A DNA stretch of 64,000 bases from Alphaproteobacteria bacterium (GCA_041687435.1 JAWLBX010000011.1:52918-116917), one strand, 5' to 3'; counted from the first letter of the stretch, positions 1 to 9,794 are shown. The notes: a model not told the origin generated them from the letters alone. Numbers and translations: made by a program.

Positions 1-441
1 GCGTTTCATGCCATCCGAAAGGGTTTCGTAGGCCATGTACATGTTGGCAAACAGCGTATCGCCGCCGGCCGACGGAATTTCCAGGCCATAGAGCGCGGTC
101 GCGGCCGGCACATTCTCCAGATAGGTCGTATCGGCGTGGAAAGCGCCGCCGCCGAAATTCGCCCGGTCCTCCGGATTCTTCACCAGCGGCGTGATCTTCG
201 GATGGCTTTCCAGCCCCTTGGCAAAGGGATATTCGTTCGGCGTGCCGAACATGGCGGAAACGCGCAACAGCGCATCCTCGTCCAGCTTCTGGTCACGGAA
301 GAACAGCACCAGGTGATCGGCGAATGCCTGCTGGATTTCATTTGCCACGGAATTAGACACCGGGCGGGAAAGATCGACGCCAAATACCTCGGCACCCAGC
401 GCACCGGCAACCGGTTTCACATCTATCAGATCATACGGCAT
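1..441 (-). CDS. TauD/TfdA-family alpha-ketoglutarate-dependent dioxygenase; C-terminal part runs off the window start
   Basis: The reverse-complement reading from ATG (complement at 439-441) gives MPYDLIDVKPVAGALGAEVFGVDLSRPV... and continues without a stop to position 1. Motifs (HADTTY, GGDTLFANMY, SDGMK) match the paralog at 3602..4459. Confidence 0.7.
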   Translation of the reverse strand, partial: MPYDLIDVKPVAGALGAEVFGVDLSRPVSNSVANEIQQAFADHLVLFFRDQKLDEDALLRVSAMFGTPNEYPFAKGLESHPKITPLVKNPEDRANFGGGAFHADTTYLENVPAATALYGLEIPSAGGDTLFANMYMAYETLSDGMKR

Positions 442-538
442 CGGCGAACATAACCTCTTGGCAACGGTAACGGCGGAGTCCGACCGGAATTTCTGGCGCA
501 ACAGTACCGCCGCCGCCCGGCCGGCGCCAGAGCGAACA

Positions 539-1408
539 CTAGCGCCGTTTTGCCCTCACATCCTCCAGCACCGGCAGGATGTATTCGCGGAAGCGCGTCG
601 GATCCTCGCTCATCGGGAAATGGCCGAGGCCCTTCATCTCCACCACCTGCGGCCCGCCCGTGATCTTCGCTGCGGTTTGCCGCGTATCCGCCGGCGAGCA
701 GGAAAAATCGTATTCTCCCGTCAGCAGGTACAGCGGGCAGGTGGCGGGGTCGATCCTGTGGGTGTCGTCCCGGAAATCCCCGTCGACACGATAGAAATGC
801 AGGTCGCCCTTGAAGATGCCGGGCCCGCCCTGCATGTAGCCCCACAGCGTCTCCCACCGGTATTCCTCCGGTGCGGTCGGCGCGATCAGGCCGCTGACCA
901 CGGCGGCGGCGACGTTGCCGCCGTCCAGATCCGGCCGGTTGAGCCATTCCAGATCGTACCAGCCCTCCGGCTGGAAATCCGCCGCTTCCAGGCCGATCAT
1001 GCCGCCGAATTCGGCCGCATGATGAATGGCCAGATAGACGACGACCCGCCCGCCGATGGAACAGCCCATGACCACCGGCCTTTGCAGCTCCAGCCCGGCA
1101 CAGAACGCGCGGATCAGTTCGGCATAGCTGGCGGCGGTCAGCGCATAGTCGCCGCTATCGCGCCAACCTGCGGGCGGCAGCGACTTGCCATGCCAGGGCA
1201 TGTCGAAGGCCAGCACGCGGTAATGCTTGGTGACGTCCGCATCGGTCAGCAGGTGGCGCCACTGCTTGTTATCGGCGCCGGCAGTGTGCAGGCAAACCAG
1301 CGGAATGCCATCGGCCGGCCCGGCTTCCTCGAAATACACCCGATGCGGCTTGCCGCCCAATGTCAGGTGGATGTAGCGCCCGGTGATGGGCTCGATATGG
1401 GCGGGCAT
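539..1408 (-). CDS. alpha/beta-fold hydrolase
   Basis: 289-aa ORF with a genuine ATG start. It carries an HGxS-type nucleophile elbow (MGCSIGG) and HGK motifs typical of alpha/beta hydrolases. Confidence 0.7.
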   Translation of the reverse strand: MPAHIEPITGRYIHLTLGGKPHRVYFEEAGPADGIPLVCLHTAGADNKQWRHLLTDADVTKHYRVLAFDMPWHGKSLPPAGWRDSGDYALTAASYAELIRAFCAGLELQRPVVMGCSIGGRVVVYLAIHHAAEFGGMIGLEAADFQPEGWYDLEWLNRPDLDGGNVAAAVVSGLIAPTAPEEYRWETLWGYMQGGPGIFKGDLHFYRVDGDFRDDTHRIDPATCPLYLLTGEYDFSCSPADTRQTAAKITGGPQVVEMKGLGHFPMSEDPTRFREYILPVLEDVRAKRR

Positions 1409-1425
1409 GGATCAGCCTTTGCCCT

Positions 1426-2298
1426 TCAGCATGGCGCGTTGAATTCCACCAGATTCATGCCGGGATCGAAGCAGAACACCTGCCGGAAGCCCTGCATGGC
1501 GATGCTGCCGGCGTCGCTATAGGGCACGCCTAGCTCGTCCAGCCGCGCCATCAGCGCGTCCAGGTCTGGCACGGTCACGGCGAAATGGCCGCCGATGCTG
1601 GGGTTGTGCGCGAGGCCGTTGTCCTTGGCCCAACTTGCCACCGGCCGGATCAGGTGCAGGCCGCGGTTTTCGGAGCCGAACACCGCCAGCGCCTCCGGAT
1701 CGGCGCGGAAATTGCCGGCCTCGGGCGGGCGCTGCAATGCCTTTTCCTGCAGGCCCAGAATTTCGCCATAGAAGGCCGCGGTTTTGCGCACGTCCACGGC
1801 GGCGATGTTGACGTGATGCAGATACCAGCCGCCCGGCTGATCGCAACGGGCATGCTCCTCGTCCGGCGCCGGCCCGGGCCCGGCACGCTTGCCGACATTC
1901 TGGTTGATTTCCACCAGATTGAAGGACGGATCGTAGACATAAACCTGGTGCATGTCGGCCATGGCATAGACGCCGGCATCGTCATACTGGATACCGGCCT
2001 GGTCGAGCCGCCGCTTGACGGCGCCCAGATCGTCCACCGTGATGGCGAAATGGCCGCCGATGGTCGGGTTGTGCATGAGCCCGTTTTCGTGCGCGAATAA
2101 TGGCCGTTCGGTCACGATATGAACGCCACGATTGTGCTCGCCCATACTGGCGCGGTTATCCAGCGGCGCGGTATCCGACTGGTCCGGATCGGGATAGACC
2201 CAGGGGCATTCCTGCATGCCGGCCACGGTCTGGTAGAAGCGGACCGACTCGCGCACATTGTAAGCGGGAATGTTGACGTGATGGACGAACCAACCCAT
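1426..2298 (-). CDS. VOC-family protein (two glyoxalase / extradiol-dioxygenase-like domains)
   Basis: Two tandem repeats of HHVNI...RxSxxFYxxxxGM...IGGHFAxTVxDLD. The first codon of the ORF-track entry is TTG, so the start was moved to the internal ATG (MGWFVHHV). Confidence 0.65.
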   Translation of the reverse strand: MGWFVHHVNIPAYNVRESVRFYQTVAGMQECPWVYPDPDQSDTAPLDNRASMGEHNRGVHIVTERPLFAHENGLMHNPTIGGHFAITVDDLGAVKRRLDQAGIQYDDAGVYAMADMHQVYVYDPSFNLVEINQNVGKRAGPGPAPDEEHARCDQPGGWYLHHVNIAAVDVRKTAAFYGEILGLQEKALQRPPEAGNFRADPEALAVFGSENRGLHLIRPVASWAKDNGLAHNPSIGGHFAVTVPDLDALMARLDELGVPYSDAGSIAMQGFRQVFCFDPGMNLVEFNAPC

Positions 2299-2320
2299 GC
2301 GGGTACCCTCCGTTTGATTT

Positions 2321-2701
2321 TTATGCAAACAGGGCGCGCGGCTTCGCCAGCACGTCCTTGATATTCTGCAACTGTTGCATGAACACGGTCATGTCGCCGT
2401 CGATCCGCAGCGTCATCGCCTTGGCCAGCCCGAACAGGTCGTGATGCGGCGGCGTCGGTACTGGCCGCCAGTGCACCAGCCAGACCTCCGGCGCCGCGTT
2501 GAAGGCGACGGCGGCGGGCCGAAGGATCGTGCCAGCCGGAATGGCCTCCTCCGGCTGGCCGGCGTGGAAAGGCAGAAACCAGCGCGCCTCCCCTGCCGTC
2601 ACCGACAGCGTGCCGGTGAAATGGCGCATGCGGTGGCGCAACAGCGCGTCGGCGCGGACAAGCTCCGGTATGGCGATAATACCGTCGGCGGCGGTCGGCA
2701 T
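2321..2701 (-). CDS. SCP2-like sterol-carrier-domain protein (tentative)
   Basis: 126-aa ORF within the same-strand operon. Its C-terminal LRIDGDMTVFMQQLQNI resembles the SCP2 G-N/D-M..AMKL motif. Assignment is weak. Confidence 0.35.
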   Translation of the reverse strand: MPTAADGIIAIPELVRADALLRHRMRHFTGTLSVTAGEARWFLPFHAGQPEEAIPAGTILRPAAVAFNAAPEVWLVHWRPVPTPPHHDLFGLAKAMTLRIDGDMTVFMQQLQNIKDVLAKPRALFA

Positions 2702-2797
2702 CGGCGATCCTATCCGTACAACAGGGCGAGTGTCGCAAGCGCAAACAGTATGCGCAGAGATGTCGTGCGCCGCAATCGCGCGGCACGGAACTTCAAG

Positions 2798-3580
2798 CTA
2801 CCGCCCGTGAAAGCGGGGCTCGCGCTTTTCCAGGAAGGCGCGCACACCCTCCGCCCGGTCCTCGGATTCCTGGGCCCGGTCCTGACTCCAGCTTTCCCAC
2901 AGGGCGGCATCATAGGGCTCGCGGTTCAGGCCTTTCAGCACCGCCTGTTTCGTCATGGCCATGTGCTTGGTCGGCCCTTTGGCCAGGCGTTCGGCCAGGG
3001 CCAAAGCCTCGTCCATCAGCACGTCTGCCGGCACGATGCGGTTGATGGCGCCGGCGGCCAGCGCGTCATTCAGCGGAATGTCGTCGGCCAGATAGAGCCA
3101 CTCCATCGCGCGGGCATAGCCGACCATTTTCGGCAGCGTCCAGGTGACCAGGTCATCCGGCTGGATCGCCCGTTTCAGCCAGACCGGGATCAGCCTTGCC
3201 TTGTCGCTGGCAATGCGGATATCGCACAGCAGCGCGAGCCCCAGGCCGCCGCCCGCCGCCGCACCGTTGATGGCGGCGATGGTCGGCTTCGGCATTTCCA
3301 GCAGTTCGACACACCAGGCGAAGCGCGGCTCTGCCGGGCCGGTCGGCCAGGGGCGTTTGTCGTCGGCTGCAAGGTCGGCACCCGCACAAAAACCCCGGCC
3401 CGCGCCGGTCAGCACCAGACAGCGCGCTGCCGGGTCGGCAGCGACCTGCTGCACCATCGCCCGGATTTCGTGGCGCATGACGCCGTCGAAGGCATTCAGC
3501 CGGTCCGGGCGGTTCAGGGTGACGACCACAACGCCATGGTCGCGGCGTTCCAGGGTCAAGGTCTGGTAGGCAGCAGTCAA
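2798..3580 (-). CDS. enoyl-CoA hydratase/isomerase (crotonase family)
   Basis: VVTLNRPDRLNAF, GAGRGFCAGADL and AAINGAAAGGGLGLAL motifs are present. The first codon is TTG. Confidence 0.8.
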   Translation of the reverse strand: MTAAYQTLTLERRDHGVVVVTLNRPDRLNAFDGVMRHEIRAMVQQVAADPAARCLVLTGAGRGFCAGADLAADDKRPWPTGPAEPRFAWCVELLEMPKPTIAAINGAAAGGGLGLALLCDIRIASDKARLIPVWLKRAIQPDDLVTWTLPKMVGYARAMEWLYLADDIPLNDALAAGAINRIVPADVLMDEALALAERLAKGPTKHMAMTKQAVLKGLNREPYDAALWESWSQDRAQESEDRAEGVRAFLEKREPRFHGR

Positions 3581-3601
3581 GGCGGCGCGTCTCTCAGAAC
3601 C

Positions 3602-4459
3602 TCAGAACGGCTCGTCGCCGCAGATGGTGATGCGGTGCATGCGGCGGCGCTCGTTATAATCCGGCACGGCGTAGTGCTGGACGCAGCGATTGTCCCACAG
3701 CGTCAGTGTGCCCGGCTTCCAGTTCACCCGGCAGGTGAATTCCGGCCGGATCGAGTGCGCCTTCAGGTATTTGAGCAACGGCGCCGCTTCGGCTTCCGTA
3801 AAGCCATCCAGGCTCTGCACATGGCTGCCGATATAGAGCGCCTTGCGCCCGGTTTCCGGGTGCGTGCGGATCAGCGGATGGGCGCTCTCGGTTTGCAGGT
3901 CGCCGGGGTCTTTCACCTTGCCGGCCATGGCCGCATTGGCGGCATAGCGCGAGGCGCGGTTGGACTGCTTGCTGCCGACGCACCAGGATTTCACATCCGC
4001 CAGCATGGCCTTCATGCCATCGCTGAGCGCATCATAGGCGGCGTACATGTTGGCGAACATGGTGTCGCCACCGGCGCTGGGCGTTTCCTTGGCATACAGC
4101 ATGGTCGCCATAGCCGGCTTCGGGTTGAACATCTGATCCGTGTGCCAAGCCGAGCCGAAGGTGTAGGTGTCGGACGGCTCCTTCACGATTTCCAAAATGT
4201 CCGGATAGTCGTCCATCCCCTTCATGAACGGGTGGTGGTGGATATCGCCGAAGCGGTGGGCGAACGCGATCTGCTGTTCGGGTGTGATATCCTGTTCGCG
4301 GAACAGCACGACCTGATGTTCCAGCCAGGCCGCCTTGATCTCGGCAAACACCTCGTCCGAGAGATCGGCGAGGTTCGCACCGCGGATTTCCGCGCCCATG
4401 GTGCCGGCGATCGGGTGCACGGTGATGTGCTGATACGTGGTGGCGCTGTCTAACGGCAT
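3602..4459 (-). CDS. TauD/TfdA-family alpha-ketoglutarate-dependent dioxygenase
   Basis: Internal ATG start (MPLDSATTYQHITV). The HTD iron-binding motif and GGDTMFANMY are present. The track's long N-terminal extension looks like a GC-rich read-through artifact. Confidence 0.8.
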   Translation of the reverse strand: MPLDSATTYQHITVHPIAGTMGAEIRGANLADLSDEVFAEIKAAWLEHQVVLFREQDITPEQQIAFAHRFGDIHHHPFMKGMDDYPDILEIVKEPSDTYTFGSAWHTDQMFNPKPAMATMLYAKETPSAGGDTMFANMYAAYDALSDGMKAMLADVKSWCVGSKQSNRASRYAANAAMAGKVKDPGDLQTESAHPLIRTHPETGRKALYIGSHVQSLDGFTEAEAAPLLKYLKAHSIRPEFTCRVNWKPGTLTLWDNRCVQHYAVPDYNERRRMHRITICGDEPF

Positions 4460-4476
4460 GATGGGGTTCCTTCCCT

Positions 4477-5370
4477 TTAGGCCGCCTGGGCCTGTTCGAC
4501 CGTCGGCGCATCGCCGGCGACGGTGGTTCGGCGCACGTCCCGCACTTCTTCGGTGTCTGCGAACGGGCGGCCGCGGTGCATGGTCTGGCGGTTGTCCCAT
4601 TGCACCAGATCGTGCTGGCGCCATTGGTGGCTGTAGACGAATTCGCGCTGGGTCGCGTGCTCCGTCAGGTCGCGCAGCAGGGCGCGTGCCTCCGGCACCG
4701 GCCAGCCGACGATGCTGCCGGCATGGGCGGAAAGATAGAGCGACTTGCGGCCCGTTACCGGGTGCGTGCGCACCAGCCGCTGGCGCACCGGCGTGAAGTT
4801 CTTCTTCTCGTCCTCGTTCAACTCCTCGAAGCCCAACAGGCCGCGCGAGAACAGCAGCGAATGCTCGCAGATCAGATCCTCGATCCGGTCCTTGGTTTTC
4901 TGGTCGAGCGCATCGTAGGCCGCGCGCATGTCCGCAAATTCGGTGTTGCCGCCCTCGCTCGGTACCTGCCGGCCGGAGAGCAGCGAATATTTTGCCGGGA
5001 TCGCGCGGAACGAGCTGTCCGAATGCCAGAGCTGGTTGCCAAGGTTGAACATGCGCTGCCGGTCGTCGCGACCGAGCGGCTTGTTCTCCTTGTTCAGATT
5101 GGAGACATCGGCCAGTTCCGCGCGCAGGCGCCGGTCCTCGACCTTGGTGATGTTGGACTTCCGGTCCGGCACCTCCAGCTTGCCGAAATTCTGGCTGAAG
5201 GCGATCTGATGATCGTCGGTGATATCCTGGCCGTGGTAAACGAGGACCGCGTAGCGATCCATGCCGGCTTCCAACTGGGCCACCTCATCCGGTGTCAGCG
5301 GTCGGGTGAGATCGACGCCCGAGACCTCGCCAACGAACACGGGGTGGATCTGGCGAATTTCGACGGACAT
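4477..5370 (-). CDS. TfdA-like alpha-ketoglutarate-dependent dioxygenase
   Basis: Start at MSVEIRQIHPVFVGEV with a GGAGG RBS upstream. WHSDSSF and GGNTEFADM motifs match the TfdA/TauD family. Confidence 0.8.
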   Translation of the reverse strand: MSVEIRQIHPVFVGEVSGVDLTRPLTPDEVAQLEAGMDRYAVLVYHGQDITDDHQIAFSQNFGKLEVPDRKSNITKVEDRRLRAELADVSNLNKENKPLGRDDRQRMFNLGNQLWHSDSSFRAIPAKYSLLSGRQVPSEGGNTEFADMRAAYDALDQKTKDRIEDLICEHSLLFSRGLLGFEELNEDEKKNFTPVRQRLVRTHPVTGRKSLYLSAHAGSIVGWPVPEARALLRDLTEHATQREFVYSHQWRQHDLVQWDNRQTMHRGRPFADTEEVRDVRRTTVAGDAPTVEQAQAA

Positions 5371-5564
5371 GGACTTGACCTCCATCAAACGAATATTGGC
5401 CAATAGTATGACAGAATGAAACCGCTCCGCAACAACGGGCTCTCTGCACCCTCGCACAGGGCCGGGCGTTGGGGTGCAATCTGCCGCAATTGTCGCGATT
5501 GGTATTCATTCGCATTTACTCGCCAATCGCAATCACATCCCCATCAATCCGAAAGGGTCATCCC

Positions 5565-5960
5565 ATGCCTTTGTTCCGTAACGCCGCCGCTACCGCTTTC
5601 CTTGCGACAATCGCCTTTGCCCCCGCCGCGATGGCAGAGGAGGTGAAGCATTACGAAGCGGAAAAATCCTCCACCCTGGCCGAGGCTGTCCGCAATTTTT
5701 CGGAACAAAACGCCATTGTGTCCAAGGAACTGGCCAAGGACACCTGGACCAGCACCGACATCGAGACGATCCACGAGGCGACCTATTCGCTGGAGCTCGC
5801 CCTGGAAGAGATCAATGAGGCGATGGAGGAACTGGCCGAGAAGCTGGAGCGTGTCCACCGCCTCTCCGAAAAGCATGAAGAGGCCGACCTGCGCGAAGCT
5901 ACGGCCGACTATCTGGAAACGGCGGAAACCGTCATTCCGTCGAAGCCTGCGGCGGACTAG
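5565..5960 (+). CDS. small secreted hypothetical protein, highly charged and predicted helical
   Basis: ATG preceded by a GAAAGGG RBS. It has a signal peptide (MPLFRNAAATAFLATIAFAPAAMA) followed by an E/K/A-rich sequence. Local GC is lower than the surrounding DNA. Confidence 0.5.
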   Translation: MPLFRNAAATAFLATIAFAPAAMAEEVKHYEAEKSSTLAEAVRNFSEQNAIVSKELAKDTWTSTDIETIHEATYSLELALEEINEAMEELAEKLERVHRLSEKHEEADLREATADYLETAETVIPSKPAAD

Positions 5961-5975
5961 CCGCCAGCGGGCCGC

Positions 5976-6791
5976 TTATTCCGCCCAGCGCGGCTTGCGC
6001 TTCTCGATGAAACTGGCCACGCCTTCGCGGCCTTCCTCGCTCAGCATGCAGCGGGCGAACGCGTAGCCGCCAGCCTGCCGCGCTTCTTCTGGGGAAAGGC
6101 GCGGCAGCGCCATCAGCAGCGCCTTGGTCTCCGCATTCGCGGCAGGGCTGCAACTGCGCACGCCGGTGCGGATATCCAATTCCGTGGCACCCAGCGCGGC
6201 CTCCGTCGCGACCACATAATCGGCAAGCCCAAGGCGCGCTGCCTCCTCGCCCCGAAAGCGACCGCCGGTCAGCATCAACCGGCGCGCGGCCGGCAATCCG
6301 ATGCGGCCGACCACGAACGGGGCGATCTGGGCGGGGACAATGCCGATCTGCGTTTCCGTCATCGAAAACAGCGCATCCTGGGTCACGACCACGATATCGG
6401 CACAGCAGGTCAGCCCCAGCCCGCCGGCGATGGCCGCGCCCTGCACCAGCACGACCACGACCTGCGGCAGCGTGTTGATGGCGCCGAACAGTTCGCCGGT
6501 TTCTGCATTGGCGGCGGCGACGTCGTCCAGGTTTTGCTCGCCGCCCTGGAACACGCTTTGAAAGCCTTTGATATCGCCGCCGGCACAGAACACGCGGCCC
6601 TTGCCGCGAAGCGTGACACCCCGCAGCGTCCGGTCCTCCCGCACCGCCGCGACCACGGCGCCCAACTCCGCCGAAACCTCCTTCGACAGCGCATTGCGCG
6701 CCTCCGGACGGTTGAACCAGATGGTGAGCCAGTCGGCCTCGCGCTCCAACAGAAAATGCTGGCATTCGGGCAAAGCGGATACGGCAGTCAT
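5976..6791 (-). CDS. enoyl-CoA hydratase/isomerase family protein
   Basis: Internal ATG start (MTAVSALPECQHFLLERE). The crotonase motifs GKGRVFCAGGDI and GAAIAGGLGL are present. The track's upstream 350 aa looks like a read-through artifact. Confidence 0.8.
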   Translation of the reverse strand: MTAVSALPECQHFLLEREADWLTIWFNRPEARNALSKEVSAELGAVVAAVREDRTLRGVTLRGKGRVFCAGGDIKGFQSVFQGGEQNLDDVAAANAETGELFGAINTLPQVVVVLVQGAAIAGGLGLTCCADIVVVTQDALFSMTETQIGIVPAQIAPFVVGRIGLPAARRLMLTGGRFRGEEAARLGLADYVVATEAALGATELDIRTGVRSCSPAANAETKALLMALPRLSPEEARQAGGYAFARCMLSEEGREGVASFIEKRKPRWAE

Positions 6792-6941
6792 GGGACAATC
6801 TCGAACGGTTGCGGGTAGGGATATGCGCCCAGTGTGGCCGCAGCTCTCTATCATGGCGAGCCCTAATTGTCTTTCGCGAGCCCTGCGCTCGGGATAGGCT
6901 ACGCCGCTTATCTTGTCCGCCGAAACCGTCAGGCCCTGCCG

Positions 6942-7802
6942 ATGTCCGCCGCTGCCATTACCGCCACTGCCGCCGAATTCCATACCGATGACGGGTTGCG
7001 CCTTGCTGCGGACCGCTGGGGTAGCGGCGGCCGGACCGTGCTGCTGTTCCACGGCGGCGGCCAGACCCGGCATGCCTGGGGCGGTGCAGCAGAGCGGCTG
7101 GCACAGGCGGGCTGGACCGCCTACACCATCGACCAGCGCGGCCATGGCGAAAGCGACTGGCACCCGGAAGGCGCCTACACGATCGACCGGTTTGCGGAGG
7201 ATGTGCGCGGCATCTGCCGCAGCTTTCCGACACCGCCCGCAGTGGTCGGCGCCTCGCTCGGCGGCATCGCATCGCTGCTGGCCCAGGGCGAATGCGAGGA
7301 AACCGTCCTTTCCGCTCTGGTGCTGGTCGATATCACGCCGCGGGTCGAACGCGCCGGGGTCGAGCGCATCATCAACTTCATGGCGGCCAGGGCCGAAACC
7401 GGCTTTGCAACGCTGGAAGAATGCGCCGATTACGTCGCCAGCTATCTGCCGCACCGCAAGCGGCCGAAGGATCTTTCCGGCCTGATGAAGAACCTGCGGC
7501 TTCGCGACGATGGTCGCTATTACTGGCACTGGGACCCGCGCTTTGTCACCGACGCCGACCGGCGCATGGAGGATCGCGACCCGGAGCGCATGATCGCCGC
7601 CGCCAGACGCCTTTCCTGCCCGGTCATGCTGGTGCGTGGCGGCTCCAGCGATCTGGTGAGCGAGGAGGTCGCGCGGGAGTTTCTGGAGATCGTACCACAG
7701 GCTGAATTCGCCGACGTGGCCGGTGCCGGGCACATGGTCGCCGGCGACAAGAACGACGCCTTCACCGACGCGGTGCTGCCCTTCCTGGAACGGAACCACT
7801 AG
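6942..7802 (+). CDS. alpha/beta-fold hydrolase
   Basis: VLLFHGGGQTRHAW and a GASLGG nucleophile elbow are present. The start was chosen at the ATG of MSAAAITATAAEF; the alternative at 6867 cannot be excluded. Confidence 0.7.
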   Translation: MSAAAITATAAEFHTDDGLRLAADRWGSGGRTVLLFHGGGQTRHAWGGAAERLAQAGWTAYTIDQRGHGESDWHPEGAYTIDRFAEDVRGICRSFPTPPAVVGASLGGIASLLAQGECEETVLSALVLVDITPRVERAGVERIINFMAARAETGFATLEECADYVASYLPHRKRPKDLSGLMKNLRLRDDGRYYWHWDPRFVTDADRRMEDRDPERMIAAARRLSCPVMLVRGGSSDLVSEEVAREFLEIVPQAEFADVAGAGHMVAGDKNDAFTDAVLPFLERNH

Positions 7803-7979
7803 CACCATGGCAGATTCTGCGCCAGCCGGGTTGCCGATGCCGGGCCAAAGCCTTACTTGCAAGTCTCAAGCACACTGCCGGAGCGAACCGGGCCGGAAGC
7901 GGCGTGGCCGGCACTGGGTGTCAAACACTGGGCGACTGGCCCATCATCATGGTTTTTCTATTGCGGAGCCCGCGCCAAC

Positions 7980-8564
7980 ATGAACGATTCCCATCCGCCT
8001 TTTTCCGCGCATCAGGTGTTGGACTTTTGGTTCGGGGCGCCAGATTTCGCAGACTATGGCCAGCCGCGCAAGATCTGGTTTGCCAAGGATCCGGACTTCG
8101 ACGCCGAGGTCCGCAAGCGTTTCAGCGGCCTGCACCAGGCGGCCAGCCACGGCATGCTCGATCATTTCTGGAAAGACGTGGCCCTGCCGAACCTGGCGCT
8201 GGTGATCACGCTCGACCAGTTCTCGCGCCAGCTATACCGCGGGGAGGCCAAGGCATTCGCGCAGGACGCTCACGCCTTGCAGGTGGCCAAGCACGCGATT
8301 GACGAAGGCTTCGACCGCGATGCCCTGCCGGTGCAGCGCCTGTTCTGGTACCTGCCGTTCGAGCACAGCGAGAACCTGTCAGATCAGGACCGGGCCATTG
8401 AGTTGATCGAACCGCTCGGCAATGCGGAATGGACCCGTTATGCGTGCGAGCACCGCGATGTGATCGCCCGTTTCGGCCGCTTCCCGCACCGCAACGCCGT
8501 GCTCGGCCGCGAGAACACGCCGGAAGAACAGACCTATCTGGACCAGCCCGGCGCCGGCTTCTGA
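7980..8564 (+). CDS. DUF924-family protein
   Basis: 194-aa protein with a VLDFWFG start region and FSRQLYRG and RFGRFPHRN motifs typical of DUF924. ATG at 7980. Confidence 0.55.
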   Translation: MNDSHPPFSAHQVLDFWFGAPDFADYGQPRKIWFAKDPDFDAEVRKRFSGLHQAASHGMLDHFWKDVALPNLALVITLDQFSRQLYRGEAKAFAQDAHALQVAKHAIDEGFDRDALPVQRLFWYLPFEHSENLSDQDRAIELIEPLGNAEWTRYACEHRDVIARFGRFPHRNAVLGRENTPEEQTYLDQPGAGF

Positions 8565-8588
8565 TCCCGCGCCGGGGGCACTGCGGCC

Positions 8589-9794
8589 TCAAGCCTTGGG
8601 CGGCGTCTCGCCCTCTTCGTCCCGGTGTTCCGTCAGAACGCGGATCAACTGGCGTTTCGATATCACGCCCTTGAACTGGCCGTCGTCATCGACCACGGCA
8701 ACCGGCGTATCGGATTCTAGGATGGTAGGCAGTGCGTCTTCCAGGACGGAATCGGCGGAAACGGTCTGCGTATCGTCCGCCAGATCATAGAGGGTCTGGC
8801 TGTCGTTGCTTTTGGCTGCCGCGGTCAATTCTTCCTCGGTCACGACGCCGCGGAACTCGCCACCTTCGAACACATAGCCATAATCGGCCTTCTTGCCCTG
8901 CATTTCCCGCAGGGCGGCATCGATGTTCTCGCTCGTCAACCGCAGGCTCGGCGGACGCATCACCACATCGACGGTCAGCACCCGCGCCCGGTTCACATCG
9001 CGCACGAAGGCAGCCACATAGTCGTCCGCCGGGTTCAGCAGAATATCCTCGGGATTGCCGACCTGGCTCAACCGGCCATCTTTCAGAATGGCAATCTTGT
9101 CGCCCAGCTTCAGCGCCTCGTCCAGGTCGTGCGTGATGAAGACAATGGTCTTGTTCAGCTTCTGCTGAAGCTCAATCAACTGGTCCTGCATACCCGACCG
9201 GATCAACGGGTCCAGCGCGCTGAACGCCTCGTCCATCAACAGCACTTCGGGATCGCCGCAGAGGGCGCGGGCCAGGCCGACGCGCTGCTGCATGCCGCCG
9301 GACAGTTCCGCCGGGTAGGAGTTCTCGTAACCGGCCAGCCCGACAGTTTCGATCCATTCCGCCGCTTTTTCCTGGCGGGTTTTCTTGTCGATCCCCTGGA
9401 TTTCCAGGCCATAGGCAACATTGTGGATGACGGGCCGATGCGGCATCAGGCCGAAGCGCTGGAACACCATCGCCATTTTGGTCCGGCGGAACTCCCGCAA
9501 CTCGCTTTCGTTCAGCTTGAGCACGTCCTGACCATCCACCAGTATCCGCCCCGCCGTCGGCTCGATCAGCCGGTTCAGGTGGCGGATCAGGGTGGATTTG
9601 CCCGAGCCGGAGAGGCCCATGACGACGAAGGTCTTGCTTTCCTCCATCGACAGGCTGATGTCGTGGAGGCCGACGGTATGGCCGGTTTCGGCCAGGATCT
9701 CGTCCTTGCCCTCGCCAGCCTGCGCCCGCGGCAGCACCGACTGCGGGTTGGGGCCGAAGATTTTGTAAACGTTTTCAACTTCGATTTTCGCCAT
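8589..9794 (-). CDS. proV: glycine betaine/proline ABC transporter ATP-binding subunit with C-terminal CBS domains
   Basis: Walker A (GLSGSGKST), ABC signature (LSGGMQQRV) and Walker B (LLMDEAFSALD) are present, followed by a roughly 130-aa CBS-like C-terminal tail as in ProV/OpuAA. Confidence 0.9.
   Translation of the reverse strand: MAKIEVENVYKIFGPNPQSVLPRAQAGEGKDEILAETGHTVGLHDISLSMEESKTFVVMGLSGSGKSTLIRHLNRLIEPTAGRILVDGQDVLKLNESELREFRRTKMAMVFQRFGLMPHRPVIHNVAYGLEIQGIDKKTRQEKAAEWIETVGLAGYENSYPAELSGGMQQRVGLARALCGDPEVLLMDEAFSALDPLIRSGMQDQLIELQQKLNKTIVFITHDLDEALKLGDKIAILKDGRLSQVGNPEDILLNPADDYVAAFVRDVNRARVLTVDVVMRPPSLRLTSENIDAALREMQGKKADYGYVFEGGEFRGVVTEEELTAAAKSNDSQTLYDLADDTQTVSADSVLEDALPTILESDTPVAVVDDDGQFKGVISKRQLIRVLTEHRDEEGETPPKA

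Noticed and set aside
2375-4453. 692-aa ORF on the + strand
   Set aside because: It is antisense to the TauD, crotonase and SCP2 genes. Its composition is low-complexity Arg/Gly/Ala-rich, which is typical of stop-codon-poor alternative frames in 65% GC DNA, and it has no domain signature.
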